Positions 29,662 to 40,088 of a DNA stretch of 64,000 nt are shown one piece after another. Source of the stretch: Pseudomonadota bacterium (lineage in GTDB: Bacteria > Pseudomonadota > Alphaproteobacteria > Rhodobacterales > Rhodobacteraceae). Made by a program: the position numbers and the translations under genes. The notes under the pieces are model-generated. The model was not told where the DNA came from. It saw only the letters and a list, made by a program, of their open reading frames with translations, and searched no databases. The stretch lies in the NCBI GenBank assembly GCA_039814625.1, contig JBCCAU010000008.1:64935-128934 (forward strand), given 5' to 3'. How positions within the stretch are numbered: position 1 is the stretch's first letter; each line of letters begins with the position of its first letter.

Positions 29662-30360
29662 TTATACAGCCAATGTCGCCAGAACATCCTTCTTCTTCAA
29701 TCGATTTTTTTCACCGGCCAAAATAATTTCACCCCGACGCATCGAATAGATTTGGTCGGCCAAGCCAAAGGCGAACTCGAAATATTGCTCGACCAATAGG
29801 ATCGCCATATCGCCTTGATCCTTGAGATAGCCGATTACGCGGCCAATCTGTTGGATGATATTGGGCTGAATGCCCTCTGTCGGCTCATCCAGCAAAAGCA
29901 ATTTGGGCTTGGTGACCAAAGCCCGCGCAATCGCCAATTGCTGTTGCTGCCCACCAGAGAGGTCCCCACCGCGTCGGTTTTGCATTTCTTTTAGAACCGG
30001 AAACAGCTCAAACAATTCGTCTGGCAAAACACGCTCGGCCTTGTCCAGACACGCAAAACCAATTTCCATATTCTCTCGCACTGTCAGCAGTGGGAAAATG
30101 TCGCGGCCTTGCGGTACGTAACCCACACCTTGTTTTGCCAACACATGCGATGATGTCTTTTGCGCTTGTTCCACACCGTTCAAGACATAACGGCCGCCAG
30201 AATGGCTATGTGTGCCAGAAACCACCTTTAGCAGAGAGGTCTTCCCAACACCGTTGACGCCCATAAGGCATGTGATCTCGCCGACCTCAGCATGGAGATC
30301 GACGCCATGCAGAATTTCGCTTTGCCCATAGTGCAGCGTGATATCTTTCAATTCCAACAT
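29662..30360 (-). CDS. urtE: Urea ABC transporter ATP-binding protein
   Basis: GVNGVGKT, LSGGQQQQL, DEPTEGIQP. Confidence 0.95.
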   Translation of the reverse strand: MLELKDITLHYGQSEILHGVDLHAEVGEITCLMGVNGVGKTSLLKVVSGTHSHSGGRYVLNGVEQAQKTSSHVLAKQGVGYVPQGRDIFPLLTVRENMEIGFACLDKAERVLPDELFELFPVLKEMQNRRGGDLSGGQQQQLAIARALVTKPKLLLLDEPTEGIQPNIIQQIGRVIGYLKDQGDMAILLVEQYFEFAFGLADQIYSMRRGEIILAGEKNRLKKKDVLATLAV

Positions 30361-30363
30361 GGC

Positions 30364-31107
30364 CTAACGTCCCAAATAGACATCTATGACGTCTTTGTTT
30401 TGCGTGACGTGGTCGATACTGCCTTCGGCGAGAACGGACCCCTCGTGCAAAACCGTCACGCGACATTCCAAGTTTCGCACAAATTCCATGTCATGTTCGA
30501 CCACGACAACCGCACTGATTTTGGCGGCCTCTTTCAAGATCGCGACAGTTTTGTCTCGCTCTTCTGGTGTCATACCTGCTGCCGGCTCATCTACCAAAAG
30601 CAGCAGTGGATCTTGGGCCAGCAACATCCCAATTTCCAGCCATTGCTTTTGTCCATGGCTTAGTTCGCCCGCAGGGCGGAGCAACGCGTCGGTTAGGCCA
30701 ATGCGTTTTGCCAAATCGGCCACACGCGCATCATCAGGCGCATTGGCTTTATAGAAAAGGACGGAAAGTGGCGCACGGTTGTTGGACAGCGCCATCAATA
30801 GATTTTCTTCGACCGATTGTTCTTCAAACACGGTCGGTTTCTGGAACTTGCGACCCACACCTTTGCGGGCGATTTGGCTTTCGCTAAACCGCAGCAGGTT
30901 CTCATTCCGGTCGCCCCAAACGACCTTACCTTCGTCAGGGCGTGTTTTGCCCGTCACAATGTCCATGAAAGTTGTCTTGCCTGCGCCATTTGGACCGATG
31001 ATGGCACGCAGCTCTCCTTGATCGATATTGAAAGACAAATTGTTGATTGCCTTGAACCCATCAAAACTGACAGAGACACCATCGACCTCTAGTAGAGCAC
31101 CACTCAT
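30364..31107 (-). CDS. urtD: Urea ABC transporter ATP-binding protein
   Basis: GPNGAGKT, LSHGQKQWLEIGM. Confidence 0.95.
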   Translation of the reverse strand: MSGALLEVDGVSVSFDGFKAINNLSFNIDQGELRAIIGPNGAGKTTFMDIVTGKTRPDEGKVVWGDRNENLLRFSESQIARKGVGRKFQKPTVFEEQSVEENLLMALSNNRAPLSVLFYKANAPDDARVADLAKRIGLTDALLRPAGELSHGQKQWLEIGMLLAQDPLLLLVDEPAAGMTPEERDKTVAILKEAAKISAVVVVEHDMEFVRNLECRVTVLHEGSVLAEGSIDHVTQNKDVIDVYLGR

Positions 31108-32282
31108 AAGGATTTCCGTTTCTGGAATAGATCAAATAGACCACCCATTCCTTGTGGTGCATAGAGCGTGACAATCACAAAGCTCAGGCCCAAAAGAACA
31201 GTCCACCAGTCGACCCATTTGATCGTCGTGAAACCCAGAGGCAGATCCGGCATTTGGCCGCCGGTAAAAAAGGTCGAAACAAGCGATACGAAAGCTGCGC
31301 CTATAGCCGCCCCATAGAGCCGTCCACGTCCACCAATGGCGACCCAAACCGCGAGATAAATTGAGGCAATGGGCGCAATCTCGGCGGGGTTTATGATGCC
31401 TGCCTGCGGATAATAGAGCGCGCCCGCAATCGCGGCAATCACCGCCGTCAGAACGAAGATAAACAGCTTATAAGTCTCGACATTATATCCCAAAAACCGC
31501 ACGCGTGCCTCGTCATCGCGAATACCTTTGATTACGTTGCCCAGCTTGCTTTCGACGATTAGTTTAATCAACAAATACCCCAGTCCAAGGGCGAGCGCTG
31601 ATGCCCAAAAGAACCACATCGAAATCACGGATTGTGGGGTGTCATCAAGCCCTGGAAGATTCTGAAGTCCAGAGAGGCCGTTATTGCCGCGCAGACCGGA
31701 GTCATTTTGAAACAAATATAGCGACAAGGCCAAAGTCATCGCCTGTGTCAGGATCGATAAGTATACGCCTGCTACGCGCGAGCGGAAGGCGAGCCAGCCA
31801 AAGATCATGGCCAAAATGCCCGGCACTAACACCACCAGCGCAATTTGGGCCCAAAAGTAGTTTGAGAATGCCCAAATGAGAGGGAATTCAGCCCCACCAA
31901 CAACGCCAAAAATCTGCGTGCCGATGGCGTCGCTCACCTCTTGTGCTGTGGGCGGGATCACCTCATTGGCCATCGCGCCCGCCACAATGATCTCGGTCCG
32001 GGCATACATCAGCCACATCCCGATCATGTAGCCTCCCAGCCCAAAGAAGGCGAAATGTCCGAGGCTCAGGATGCCGCAATATCCCCAGATCAAGTCCATT
32101 GCGATGGCGATCAAGCAAAAGCACAATGTCTTTCCCAATGTCTTTACGAAAGAGGTGGATATGAACGAATAGCCAAACGCTTCTGACCCGATGGTCACAA
32201 AGAGCGTAAATAGCGCGAGTATGCCCAAAAAGATCAGCGCGGAAGGATGCTTGATCAGGAATTTGGTGAGAACACCATTCAT
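31104..32282 (-). CDS. urtC: Urea ABC transporter permease
   Basis: DLIWGY.GILSLG, RDDE.RVRFLGY. Confidence 0.95.
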   Translation of the reverse strand: MNGVLTKFLIKHPSALIFLGILALFTLFVTIGSEAFGYSFISTSFVKTLGKTLCFCLIAIAMDLIWGYCGILSLGHFAFFGLGGYMIGMWLMYARTEIIVAGAMANEVIPPTAQEVSDAIGTQIFGVVGGAEFPLIWAFSNYFWAQIALVVLVPGILAMIFGWLAFRSRVAGVYLSILTQAMTLALSLYLFQNDSGLRGNNGLSGLQNLPGLDDTPQSVISMWFFWASALALGLGYLLIKLIVESKLGNVIKGIRDDEARVRFLGYNVETYKLFIFVLTAVIAAIAGALYYPQAGIINPAEIAPIASIYLAVWVAIGGRGRLYGAAIGAAFVSLVSTFFTGGQMPDLPLGFTTIKWVDWWTVLLGLSFVIVTLYAPQGMGGLFDLFQKRKSL

Positions 32283-32285
32283 AGC

Positions 32286-34226
32286 TCAATCCCCTGCCGC
32301 GCGACCTTTGAGGGCAAAAATGCCCCTTGGCCGGAATTGAATGAAGATGATAATGATTATGATCATATATGTTTGGGCCGCCAAAGTGTTGGACGGATTC
32401 AACCATTCGATGCCCTTTTGGAAGAAGCCGATCATTGCGGCACCGGCAAGCGTGCCCCAGATATTGCCCACACCGCCCACCACAACGGTCATAAAACTTT
32501 GAACGATGTAGTCTGAACCCAATTCAGAGGTGACTTTGGCAAAGAGGCCAATGGCCACGCCAGCGATACCCGCAATGCCCGAGCCCAATCCGAAGGTCAG
32601 CATGTTGATCCGATCGGGGTTGATCCCCATGGATGCGGCCATCCGCGGATTTTGTGTGACCGCACGTGTTTCCAGGCCCAGACGCGTTTTGTTAAATATT
32701 AGCCAGATCACAGCCAAGAAAATCAGCGAAAGCACCATAATCGCGATCCGGATCCAACTGATCTGGATAACGTCATTGACAACCAAAGCGCCATCCAGCC
32801 AGCCTGGCGCTGTCAACGGGCGGGCTTGGGTGCCAAAAATATTCTTAGCGATCTGCTGCAATGCAATGGAAACCCCGAACGTTGCTAGTAAAGTTTCCAG
32901 CGGACGATGATACAGGTGCCGAATGACCAGACGTTCCATCGCCACACCGGCGGCAAATGTGACTGCAAAAGCCAAGGGCAGGGCCACGACAATCGATAAG
33001 GTATAATTCGCAATCACCTGTTGGACGACATAGCCAGTATAAGCGCCCATCATGATAAACTCACCATGGGCCATGTTGATCACCCGCATCACGCCAAAGG
33101 TAATCGCAAGGCCAATAGCCGCCAAGAAATAGATCGATGCAAGAGACAAGCCGTCCAAGATCAGATCCACTGTTTCTGACATGCTGACACGGAAATTGAT
33201 TTTGTCGAGTGCGGCTTCGGCGGCAGCGGTAACTGCAACCGATTTCTCGTTGTAAATGGCGACGAAATCTTGGTTGCTCACCACTTCCTCTATAGACATG
33301 TTGGGATCCCAAGCGGGCACGGCGCCTGCACTTGCCAGCTGCAGATACGCCTCATTTCGTTTGGCTTGATTGCCAAGCGCACTGACTGGGACCCCGCCGA
33401 CCTGTCCATCCGTGATGTTCGCAATAATCGCGGCTTTGCGGGCCTCCAAAGTTGGTATTTCGTCAGCGAGGTCTGCTTTGACCAAGAGAGCGTATGCATC
33501 TTCTACAGGTAAGTCATCGCTGCCTGGTATGACGAGACCTGCGATGTTCGCATCCTCTTTGACGGTGCTGGCCACCGCAACTCGAGTTGTCAAAAGGGGA
33601 TTTAGTGCGGCACGCACATCCACATCTAAAACACCTGCGAAGCTTTCGATTGCCTTTACCCGAGCGACCTCGTCCTCGTCAAATTCGATGGTCAGATAGC
33701 GTTCTAGTTTGGACATGCGTGTTGCCAGATCTCCATCCGCTTCAGTCGCGAGAGCTGTGCGCAGTGGAGCTAAATGGGTTTCATTTGAATCGCGTGACAG
33801 CGCATTCAATGCTGCTTCTCGAACAGTTCGGTCGGGTGATGTCAGTTGCCCAGCGACAAGCGCCGAACCGATCATCCCGCGTAAGCCAGAGTTGGGTTTG
33901 ATATTCTTGATCTCTCGCTTGCCGAAATCCCCGATCTTTGCGCTCGTCTGCATCTCAAATGCCTGATACGTTTCCTTGTCATCGGTCGTGACGATCACAA
34001 TCTGTTCGGTTTCACGGATAAACCACAGGTTTTTTTCTTGCCATGCCACTAGAAAAGCATCGGCTGCTTCGGTTCCAATGGCCTGAATATCGGCGATGAT
34101 TGGGCCCGCCGTTTTGACTGATCCTTTGATGATGTCCGGCTTATGCGTCTCGATCACCTCAGTCAGCGTCTGGGCGTATGCCGGGACTCCGAAAAGCAAC
34201 ACAAAAAGGATCAAGAGGCGTTTCAT
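32286..34226 (-). CDS. urtB: Urea ABC transporter permease with large N-terminal extracytoplasmic domain
   Basis: INMAHGEF.M.GAY, RPLETLLATFG. Confidence 0.95.
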   Translation of the reverse strand: MKRLLILFVLLFGVPAYAQTLTEVIETHKPDIIKGSVKTAGPIIADIQAIGTEAADAFLVAWQEKNLWFIRETEQIVIVTTDDKETYQAFEMQTSAKIGDFGKREIKNIKPNSGLRGMIGSALVAGQLTSPDRTVREAALNALSRDSNETHLAPLRTALATEADGDLATRMSKLERYLTIEFDEDEVARVKAIESFAGVLDVDVRAALNPLLTTRVAVASTVKEDANIAGLVIPGSDDLPVEDAYALLVKADLADEIPTLEARKAAIIANITDGQVGGVPVSALGNQAKRNEAYLQLASAGAVPAWDPNMSIEEVVSNQDFVAIYNEKSVAVTAAAEAALDKINFRVSMSETVDLILDGLSLASIYFLAAIGLAITFGVMRVINMAHGEFIMMGAYTGYVVQQVIANYTLSIVVALPLAFAVTFAAGVAMERLVIRHLYHRPLETLLATFGVSIALQQIAKNIFGTQARPLTAPGWLDGALVVNDVIQISWIRIAIMVLSLIFLAVIWLIFNKTRLGLETRAVTQNPRMAASMGINPDRINMLTFGLGSGIAGIAGVAIGLFAKVTSELGSDYIVQSFMTVVVGGVGNIWGTLAGAAMIGFFQKGIEWLNPSNTLAAQTYMIIIIIIFIQFRPRGIFALKGRAAGD

Positions 34227-34255
34227 AGAGGTTTTATAATCTCAAGAGAGGATGA

Positions 34256-34278
34256 GATGGGCACAAAAAGTGCCCATC
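34256..34278. promoter_or_regulatory. Intercistronic hairpin after urtA
   Basis: GATGGGCAC-AAAAA-GTGCCCATC perfect inverted repeat. Confidence 0.5.
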
Positions 34279-34291
34279 GTTGGTGTCGATC

Positions 34292-35554
34292 TTAGTAGTT
34301 AGATTTGATCTGAACACATGTGCTTGTTTCGGTATTATACATACCACAGCCCAGATCTTTCCAATCGGACTTAAGAACCGCGGACTCCGCCAAGAAATCT
34401 GTCCACGCATCACCAGGCACTTCTGTGGTTTGGCTGATGATGTCGAACTGGCCATCATCTTGGATTTCACCGATCAAGACAGGCTTTGCCAAATGGTGGT
34501 TGGGCAACATCACGGCTGTACCACCTGTCAGGTTCGGGAACTCCTGGCCGTACATCGCTGTGCGCACGGCGTCGACATCGGTCGTGCCTGCCGCTTCAAC
34601 GGCGTTTAACCACATGTTGAAACCAATGTAATGCGCTTCCATCGGATCATTGGTGACCCGATCTTCGCCCATTTTCGCTTTCCATGTTTCAATGAATTCG
34701 GCATTCACATCTGTATCAGCGGACTGGAAGTAGTTCCACGCCGCCAAGTGGCCAACAAGGTTTGTGGTATCCAAACCGGCCAGTTCTTCTTCGCCAACCG
34801 AGAAGGCAACAACGGGAATGTCGTCAGCAGAAACACCAGCTGCTGCCAGTTCTTTGTAGAAGCCGATATTTGCGTCACCGTTGATTGTAGAAATCACACC
34901 AACTTTTTTACCGTCTTCGCCAAGTGCAACAACATCTGCGACGATTGAAGACCAGTCTGAGTGACCAAATGGTGTGTAGTTTACAAAAATATCATCCGCA
35001 GCAATGCCTGAATCTTTTAGATACTGTTCCAGAATTTTGTTGGTTGTGCGCGGATAAACATAGTCCGTACCGAGAAGGGCAAACTTCTCTACGCCCAATT
35101 CCTCGAGGAAGTAGTCGGTTGCCGGGATGGCCTGTTGGTTTGGCGCTGCACCTGTATAGAATACATTCTTGGAAGATTCTTCACCCTCATACTGAACTGG
35201 GTAGAACAGAAGGCCATTCAGTTCTTCGATCACAGGGAGAACGGACTTACGGGATACAGATGTCCAGTTGCCAAAAATTACATCGACTTCGTGCACGGTC
35301 AGAAGCTCGCGTGCCTTTTCAGCAAATAGGGGCCAATCGGATGCCGGGTCAACAACCACCGGTACTAGTTTTTCACCAAGCAGCCCGCCTGCGGCGTTTT
35401 GCTGTTCGATCAGCATTTCCATTGTGTCTTTCAGAGTGGTCTCCGAAATGGCCATCGTGCCGGACAGCGAGTGTAAGATACCGACTTTAATATCGGCTGT
35501 TGCGCTTGTCGCTGTTGCGGCAATCAGCGCGGAAGTGAGCAGAAGCTTTTTCAT
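34292..35554 (-). CDS. urtA: Urea ABC transporter substrate-binding protein
   Basis: KVGILHSLSGTMAISE, WTSVSRKSV, YPVQYEG; start moved to ATG 35554. Confidence 0.96.
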   Translation of the reverse strand: MKKLLLTSALIAATATSATADIKVGILHSLSGTMAISETTLKDTMEMLIEQQNAAGGLLGEKLVPVVVDPASDWPLFAEKARELLTVHEVDVIFGNWTSVSRKSVLPVIEELNGLLFYPVQYEGEESSKNVFYTGAAPNQQAIPATDYFLEELGVEKFALLGTDYVYPRTTNKILEQYLKDSGIAADDIFVNYTPFGHSDWSSIVADVVALGEDGKKVGVISTINGDANIGFYKELAAAGVSADDIPVVAFSVGEEELAGLDTTNLVGHLAAWNYFQSADTDVNAEFIETWKAKMGEDRVTNDPMEAHYIGFNMWLNAVEAAGTTDVDAVRTAMYGQEFPNLTGGTAVMLPNHHLAKPVLIGEIQDDGQFDIISQTTEVPGDAWTDFLAESAVLKSDWKDLGCGMYNTETSTCVQIKSNY

Positions 35555-35714
35555 AGTTATCTCCAAGTTGGATCGCCGGAAGGAGGGCGAATGTACTGAA
35601 ACCGTTCTTAGCGAACGATTCAGCTGGCTTTTTAGCGATGATTTTGTACACCTGTCTGCCGCAAATTTTTTGCATAGGTGTTGCGTTTTTTGCACCACTT
35701 TGATTTTTGGTATT

Positions 35715-36632
35715 ATGAAGCATTTGCAAAGTTTTCGGTATGTCAAAGCCATCGTAGAGCAAGGTTCTATCCGTGCTGCGGCCGAAACGATGGCGCTTTC
35801 GGCCTCTGCATTGAACAGACATATTCAAAGCTTGGAAGAAGATCTTGGAGCCAAAGTTTTTGAAAGATTGACCAAGGGTGTTCGGCTTTCCGCTGAGGGA
35901 GAAATCTTCTTCACTTATGCGCTGCATCAATTGGCGGGTTATGATCGCCTTCAAGGTCAGATCGAGAACATCAAGGGACTGAAGGTTGGTTCCTTGAAGT
36001 TGGGCATCACAGAGGATTTTCATCTTGGCTTTTTGCAACGCATTGTTGCCGATTTGCAAAGGGACAATGTGAATTGCGATGTTTCGATCACAACGGTTCC
36101 GAAAGATGGGTTCTACAGCCTTTTGGAAAACCGGGACATCGACTTGGTTTTGGCTGTAAACCCGAATATCCGACGCGGTCTCCAAGTCTTGCACGCCAAA
36201 GATGTCGCACTTACGGCATTTGTCCCAAATGGGATGCCAATCGGCCATGATGGCATGCTGAATGTGTACGACCTTCAAGGGCTGCGCATCGCTACGCCAC
36301 CTACAACGACTGAAGTTTCGCAGCGGATTGTAGCAGCGGTCGAAAGATCGAAAATTGAAGCCATTCATCACTATAGCGGCTCTGATTTATTCGATTTTCT
36401 GGAATTTGCATTCTCACCGACGGTTGGACTGGCCATGTTGATCGATTTGCCTGAGCGTCCGACACAAGTCCCCGGCTACAAGCGATTGCGTGTGATTGAT
36501 CGTGAAGTTGGGAACTGTGCCGTTAGTCTGGTAAGCTTTGAAAGCTATGGCTTGTCTTTTGCCGCGCATAGTTTCCAAGTTTTGGCCAGTGCATACTTAT
36601 CGCAGAACAACCAAGATGATAGTGAAAGCTGA
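35715..36632 (+). CDS. LysR-family transcriptional regulator
   Basis: GSIRAAAE....SASALNRHIQSLEEDLG..VFER; start moved to ATG 35715. Confidence 0.9.
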   Translation: MKHLQSFRYVKAIVEQGSIRAAAETMALSASALNRHIQSLEEDLGAKVFERLTKGVRLSAEGEIFFTYALHQLAGYDRLQGQIENIKGLKVGSLKLGITEDFHLGFLQRIVADLQRDNVNCDVSITTVPKDGFYSLLENRDIDLVLAVNPNIRRGLQVLHAKDVALTAFVPNGMPIGHDGMLNVYDLQGLRIATPPTTTEVSQRIVAAVERSKIEAIHHYSGSDLFDFLEFAFSPTVGLAMLIDLPERPTQVPGYKRLRVIDREVGNCAVSLVSFESYGLSFAAHSFQVLASAYLSQNNQDDSES

Positions 36633-36723
36633 TCGCTCTAAGAATTGTATGAACGATTTGCCTGGCCCGGCTTGTGTTCAAAGAAAGGGTCTGAGTGTTC
36701 AGAAAGAACCGAATTTGAAGGTT

Positions 36724-37644
36724 TCAGCGAATTTCAAAATGCCAAGCAGGATCGGATCCAGCGCGTGTGACTGTATCTGCCGCGAAATGTGACGCAAACT
36801 CCAACATCGCGCTTAGATCGTTTTCGCTTAAGGACGCGACACCATGTGCCGTCAAAATATGGTTTCGATCAAGATGTGTTAAAACTCCGGCATTAAATGC
36901 ATCTCCGGCACCTACGGTGTCGACGACGTCTTTCTTGGGCGCTCTGACGGCACATTGGACACCATTTTCATGAAAGGCTTTCACGCCATCACCACCCAGA
37001 GTCAAACAGACAAGTTTGGTTTTGTTGCCAAGCATTTCTTCGGCCTTGGTGTCACGATCGCGTTTTGATCCGTCTAGCCAATCCAGATCTTCATCTGAAA
37101 TTTTAATGATATCGGCGCAGTCCAAAATGTTTCTCATTCGATCCCGATATCGCGATTCATCTTCAATAAAAGACGGACGAATGTTTGGATCGACCATAAT
37201 TATTCGGTTTCTGCTATACTGTTTCAGCGCTGAAAGATACGTATCGGCACAGGGTTCAACTGCAAGACTAATCCCTCCAAAGAAAAGGGCCTTTATGCCT
37301 TTTGGCAAATGATCGGGCAGGTCTTTGTCTGCAATCATCCGCCCTGCGGTGTTTTCATCATAAAAAGCGTAGCTTGCTTTGCCATCAACCAGTTTGACGA
37401 AGGCCAGTGTCGTTGGGCGGTCTGATCGTATCAGATACTGTTTAGCGACCTGACTTTTTTCTAGTTTCTCGCTCAGAAGGTCCCCAAAAACGTCATTCGA
37501 TATGCCGGACAAGAGACCAACAGTGGCCCCTTGACGACCAATACCTATGGCCGTGTTGAAAATGGCGCCACCTGTATGAGGTGCGAATGCCCCATCCGCA
37601 TTCGGGATCATGTCAATCAGTGCTTCACCGCAACACAGGATCAT
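36724..37644 (-). CDS. PfkB-family carbohydrate kinase (fructokinase-like)
   Basis: GEALID, GGA..NTA, DTVGAGDAF. Confidence 0.93.
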   Translation of the reverse strand: MILCCGEALIDMIPNADGAFAPHTGGAIFNTAIGIGRQGATVGLLSGISNDVFGDLLSEKLEKSQVAKQYLIRSDRPTTLAFVKLVDGKASYAFYDENTAGRMIADKDLPDHLPKGIKALFFGGISLAVEPCADTYLSALKQYSRNRIIMVDPNIRPSFIEDESRYRDRMRNILDCADIIKISDEDLDWLDGSKRDRDTKAEEMLGNKTKLVCLTLGGDGVKAFHENGVQCAVRAPKKDVVDTVGAGDAFNAGVLTHLDRNHILTAHGVASLSENDLSAMLEFASHFAADTVTRAGSDPAWHFEIR

Positions 37645-37647
37645 AGC

Positions 37648-38682
37648 TTAGCTTTTACGCGCTTCCGTTGTCGCATCAAACACATGGATCCGATTGGCTT
37701 CGGCCGTAAAATGAAGTTCGGACCCGACGGGTTCCGAAGGCGCAGTTTCAAGCTTTGCAATGAACTCAGTTCCGTCTTTTGCTAAAAAATGGGCAAGGAC
37801 ATTTTCACCCAAGTTCTCGATCAATTCGAGTTTTGCAGTCAATGCTGATCCAGCCTTCTTGGAGAGTTTTAAATGCTCTGGTCGAATACCAATAAAATCT
37901 TGGTCCGTGGCGGATTTGCTCAATTTTGAGGGCGCTTTTGACAAAGCGTCTGGACTGAAGAAGTTCATTTTTGGGCTGCCGATGAAGCCTGCAACAAACA
38001 TGTTGTCGGGGCGGTCATACAAATCAACAGGGCTACCGACCTGTTCGATGATACCATCCCTTAGAACAACGATTTTATCGGCCAAAGTCATGGCTTCGAC
38101 TTGGTCATGCGTCACATAGACCATCGTGGCACCTAGACGCTGGTGGAGCCGGGCAATTTCCAGACGGGTCTGAACTCGCAACGCGGCGTCCAGATTGGAT
38201 AGCGGTTCGTCAAAGAGAAACACTTCAGGCTCGCGAACGATCGCGCGGCCAATGGCAACGCGTTGGCGCTGACCCCCAGAGAGCGCGCGGGGCGTACGAT
38301 CCAGATAATCGGTGATTTGTAGAGTCTCTGCCGCCGAACGCACCCGCCTATCGATTTCAGCAGGATCCATCTTGGCCTGTTTCAGACTAAAGGACATATT
38401 TTTATATACATTCATATGCGGATAAAGCGCGTATGTCTGGAACACCATCGCGACGCCACGCTTGGATGGTGGGACCTCGTTCATGACTGCGCCGCCAATG
38501 GAAATCGATCCATCGGAAATGTTTTCCAACCCGGCAATCATGCGCAACAATGTAGATTTTCCGCAGCCTGATGGGCCAACGAAGACCACGAATTCGCCAT
38601 CTTCAACTTCCAGGTCAACCCCGTGGATGACTTGCACGCTGCCATACGATTTCTTTGCGTTTGAGATGTCTAGACGGGCCAT
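37648..38682 (-). CDS. Polyol ABC transporter ATP-binding protein (SmoK-like)
   Basis: GPSGCGKS, LSGGQRQR, DEPLSNLD. Confidence 0.93.
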   Translation of the reverse strand: MARLDISNAKKSYGSVQVIHGVDLEVEDGEFVVFVGPSGCGKSTLLRMIAGLENISDGSISIGGAVMNEVPPSKRGVAMVFQTYALYPHMNVYKNMSFSLKQAKMDPAEIDRRVRSAAETLQITDYLDRTPRALSGGQRQRVAIGRAIVREPEVFLFDEPLSNLDAALRVQTRLEIARLHQRLGATMVYVTHDQVEAMTLADKIVVLRDGIIEQVGSPVDLYDRPDNMFVAGFIGSPKMNFFSPDALSKAPSKLSKSATDQDFIGIRPEHLKLSKKAGSALTAKLELIENLGENVLAHFLAKDGTEFIAKLETAPSEPVGSELHFTAEANRIHVFDATTEARKS

Positions 38683-40088
38683 TTTTCCTCCATCCGGGCG
38701 ATTGCCGCGGTTAAGTCAGTCACAAAATTTGGATAGGTTTCAGGTAGGTCAAACCAAAGCGCTTCGGTGCGGGCAAAGTCAGCTTCACGGGCTTCGGCGG
38801 TGAGTGGCTCAAGTTGGTCCCAGTAAGGTTCGTTATATGGGATATGCGTTTGCCCGTGAGAGACGCGCCGAGCATAGAGATACCAGCTGGCAATGCTGTC
38901 ATAGGTCCAAGTTGAATCAATTCCTTGGGCAAGACAGCTTTTCAGCGTTGGATAAATGAAGATTGGAAATTTTGACCATCCATCCATGCAGATGCGTGCA
39001 AGGTCGTCTGCAATGGATGAATTTGAAAAGCGCGCAGCGATCAATTCAACGTAACGCGCCTTGTCGAATGGAAGGATGATCGTCAGTCCTGGCAGTACGT
39101 TCTGAGACTCAAACCCATCAAAATGTGATCTTAGAGCCGGATCAACCATCGTTTCGTCGAAAGTTTGATAGCCTGCAAGCGCCCCAAGATAACAAAGCGC
39201 TGTATGCCCACCATTCAAGATACGGATCTTGGCTTCTTCATAAGGATCGACATCCTCGACCACTTCAACACCAACGTCCATCAGGGTTGGGAAGTCGGTC
39301 GCAAAAGTGTCTTGGAGGACCCATTGCGAAAAACTCTCAGCATGGATTGCTGTTGCCGCGTGGCTTGGTGATAGGGTTTCAATTTCGTGGGTGAGTTTGG
39401 CCGTCGCCCGGGGTGTGATGCGGTCCACCATTGAGTTTGGAAACGTCACATTGGCCTTAACCCATGCGTGTAGTTCATTGTCCTTCATGCGCAAAACGTA
39501 CTCAAGAAAGTTGCGCTGCAACTTTTGGCCGTTGGATCTGATATTGTCACAACAAAGCACAGTGATCGGCTCTGACACAGTATCCATCCTGCGCTTTAGG
39601 CCGGCGCTCAGATAGGCGTATACTGAACGTCTCGTGCCACCTGTCAATTCGGCTTCTATGACGGGATCGTCGGTGTTCAACCCCCAATCATCGTTCAGGT
39701 AATATCCGCTTTCTGTTACCGTTATGGTGACGGCTTTGACCGTATCCAGTGCCAATAGGCCCTCTGCAGCCCTAGGGTCTTCTGACCAGTCTTCAAAATG
39801 GATATGTGAGCGGATTTCCTTGAATGTGCTTTCGCCTTGCGGGGTTGTCGTCTTCAACAAATACTCTTGTGCGGCGCTGTGCACTTGAAAGCTCGCACGA
39901 TCTGATGGCCGCAAATTGACCCCGGCAATCCCCCATCTTAGATCGCCCGTCCTATCCATATAGTCGTCGATATAGACGGCTTGATGGGCGCGATGAAAGG
40001 CGCCGAAGCCCAGATGCACAAAGCCAATTTTGCATTGTGTACGATCATAGCTTGTACGCTGAATGGAAAGTGTATTTTGGCGATTCAT
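38670..40088 (-). CDS. Mannitol dehydrogenase family protein
   Basis: HLG.GAFHRAHQA, CDN, FPNSMVDRITP, K.R.LNG.H. Confidence 0.93.
   Translation of the reverse strand: MNRQNTLSIQRTSYDRTQCKIGFVHLGFGAFHRAHQAVYIDDYMDRTGDLRWGIAGVNLRPSDRASFQVHSAAQEYLLKTTTPQGESTFKEIRSHIHFEDWSEDPRAAEGLLALDTVKAVTITVTESGYYLNDDWGLNTDDPVIEAELTGGTRRSVYAYLSAGLKRRMDTVSEPITVLCCDNIRSNGQKLQRNFLEYVLRMKDNELHAWVKANVTFPNSMVDRITPRATAKLTHEIETLSPSHAATAIHAESFSQWVLQDTFATDFPTLMDVGVEVVEDVDPYEEAKIRILNGGHTALCYLGALAGYQTFDETMVDPALRSHFDGFESQNVLPGLTIILPFDKARYVELIAARFSNSSIADDLARICMDGWSKFPIFIYPTLKSCLAQGIDSTWTYDSIASWYLYARRVSHGQTHIPYNEPYWDQLEPLTAEAREADFARTEALWFDLPETYPNFVTDLTAAIARMEEKWPV

Noticed and set aside
32286-34226. Unusually long UrtB as a novel fusion
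   Set aside because: Large N-terminal extensions are a known feature of proteobacterial UrtB
35268-35714. Long N-terminal extensions of the LysR and UrtA ORFs
   Set aside because: Antisense overlap artefacts; real starts are at 35715 and 35554
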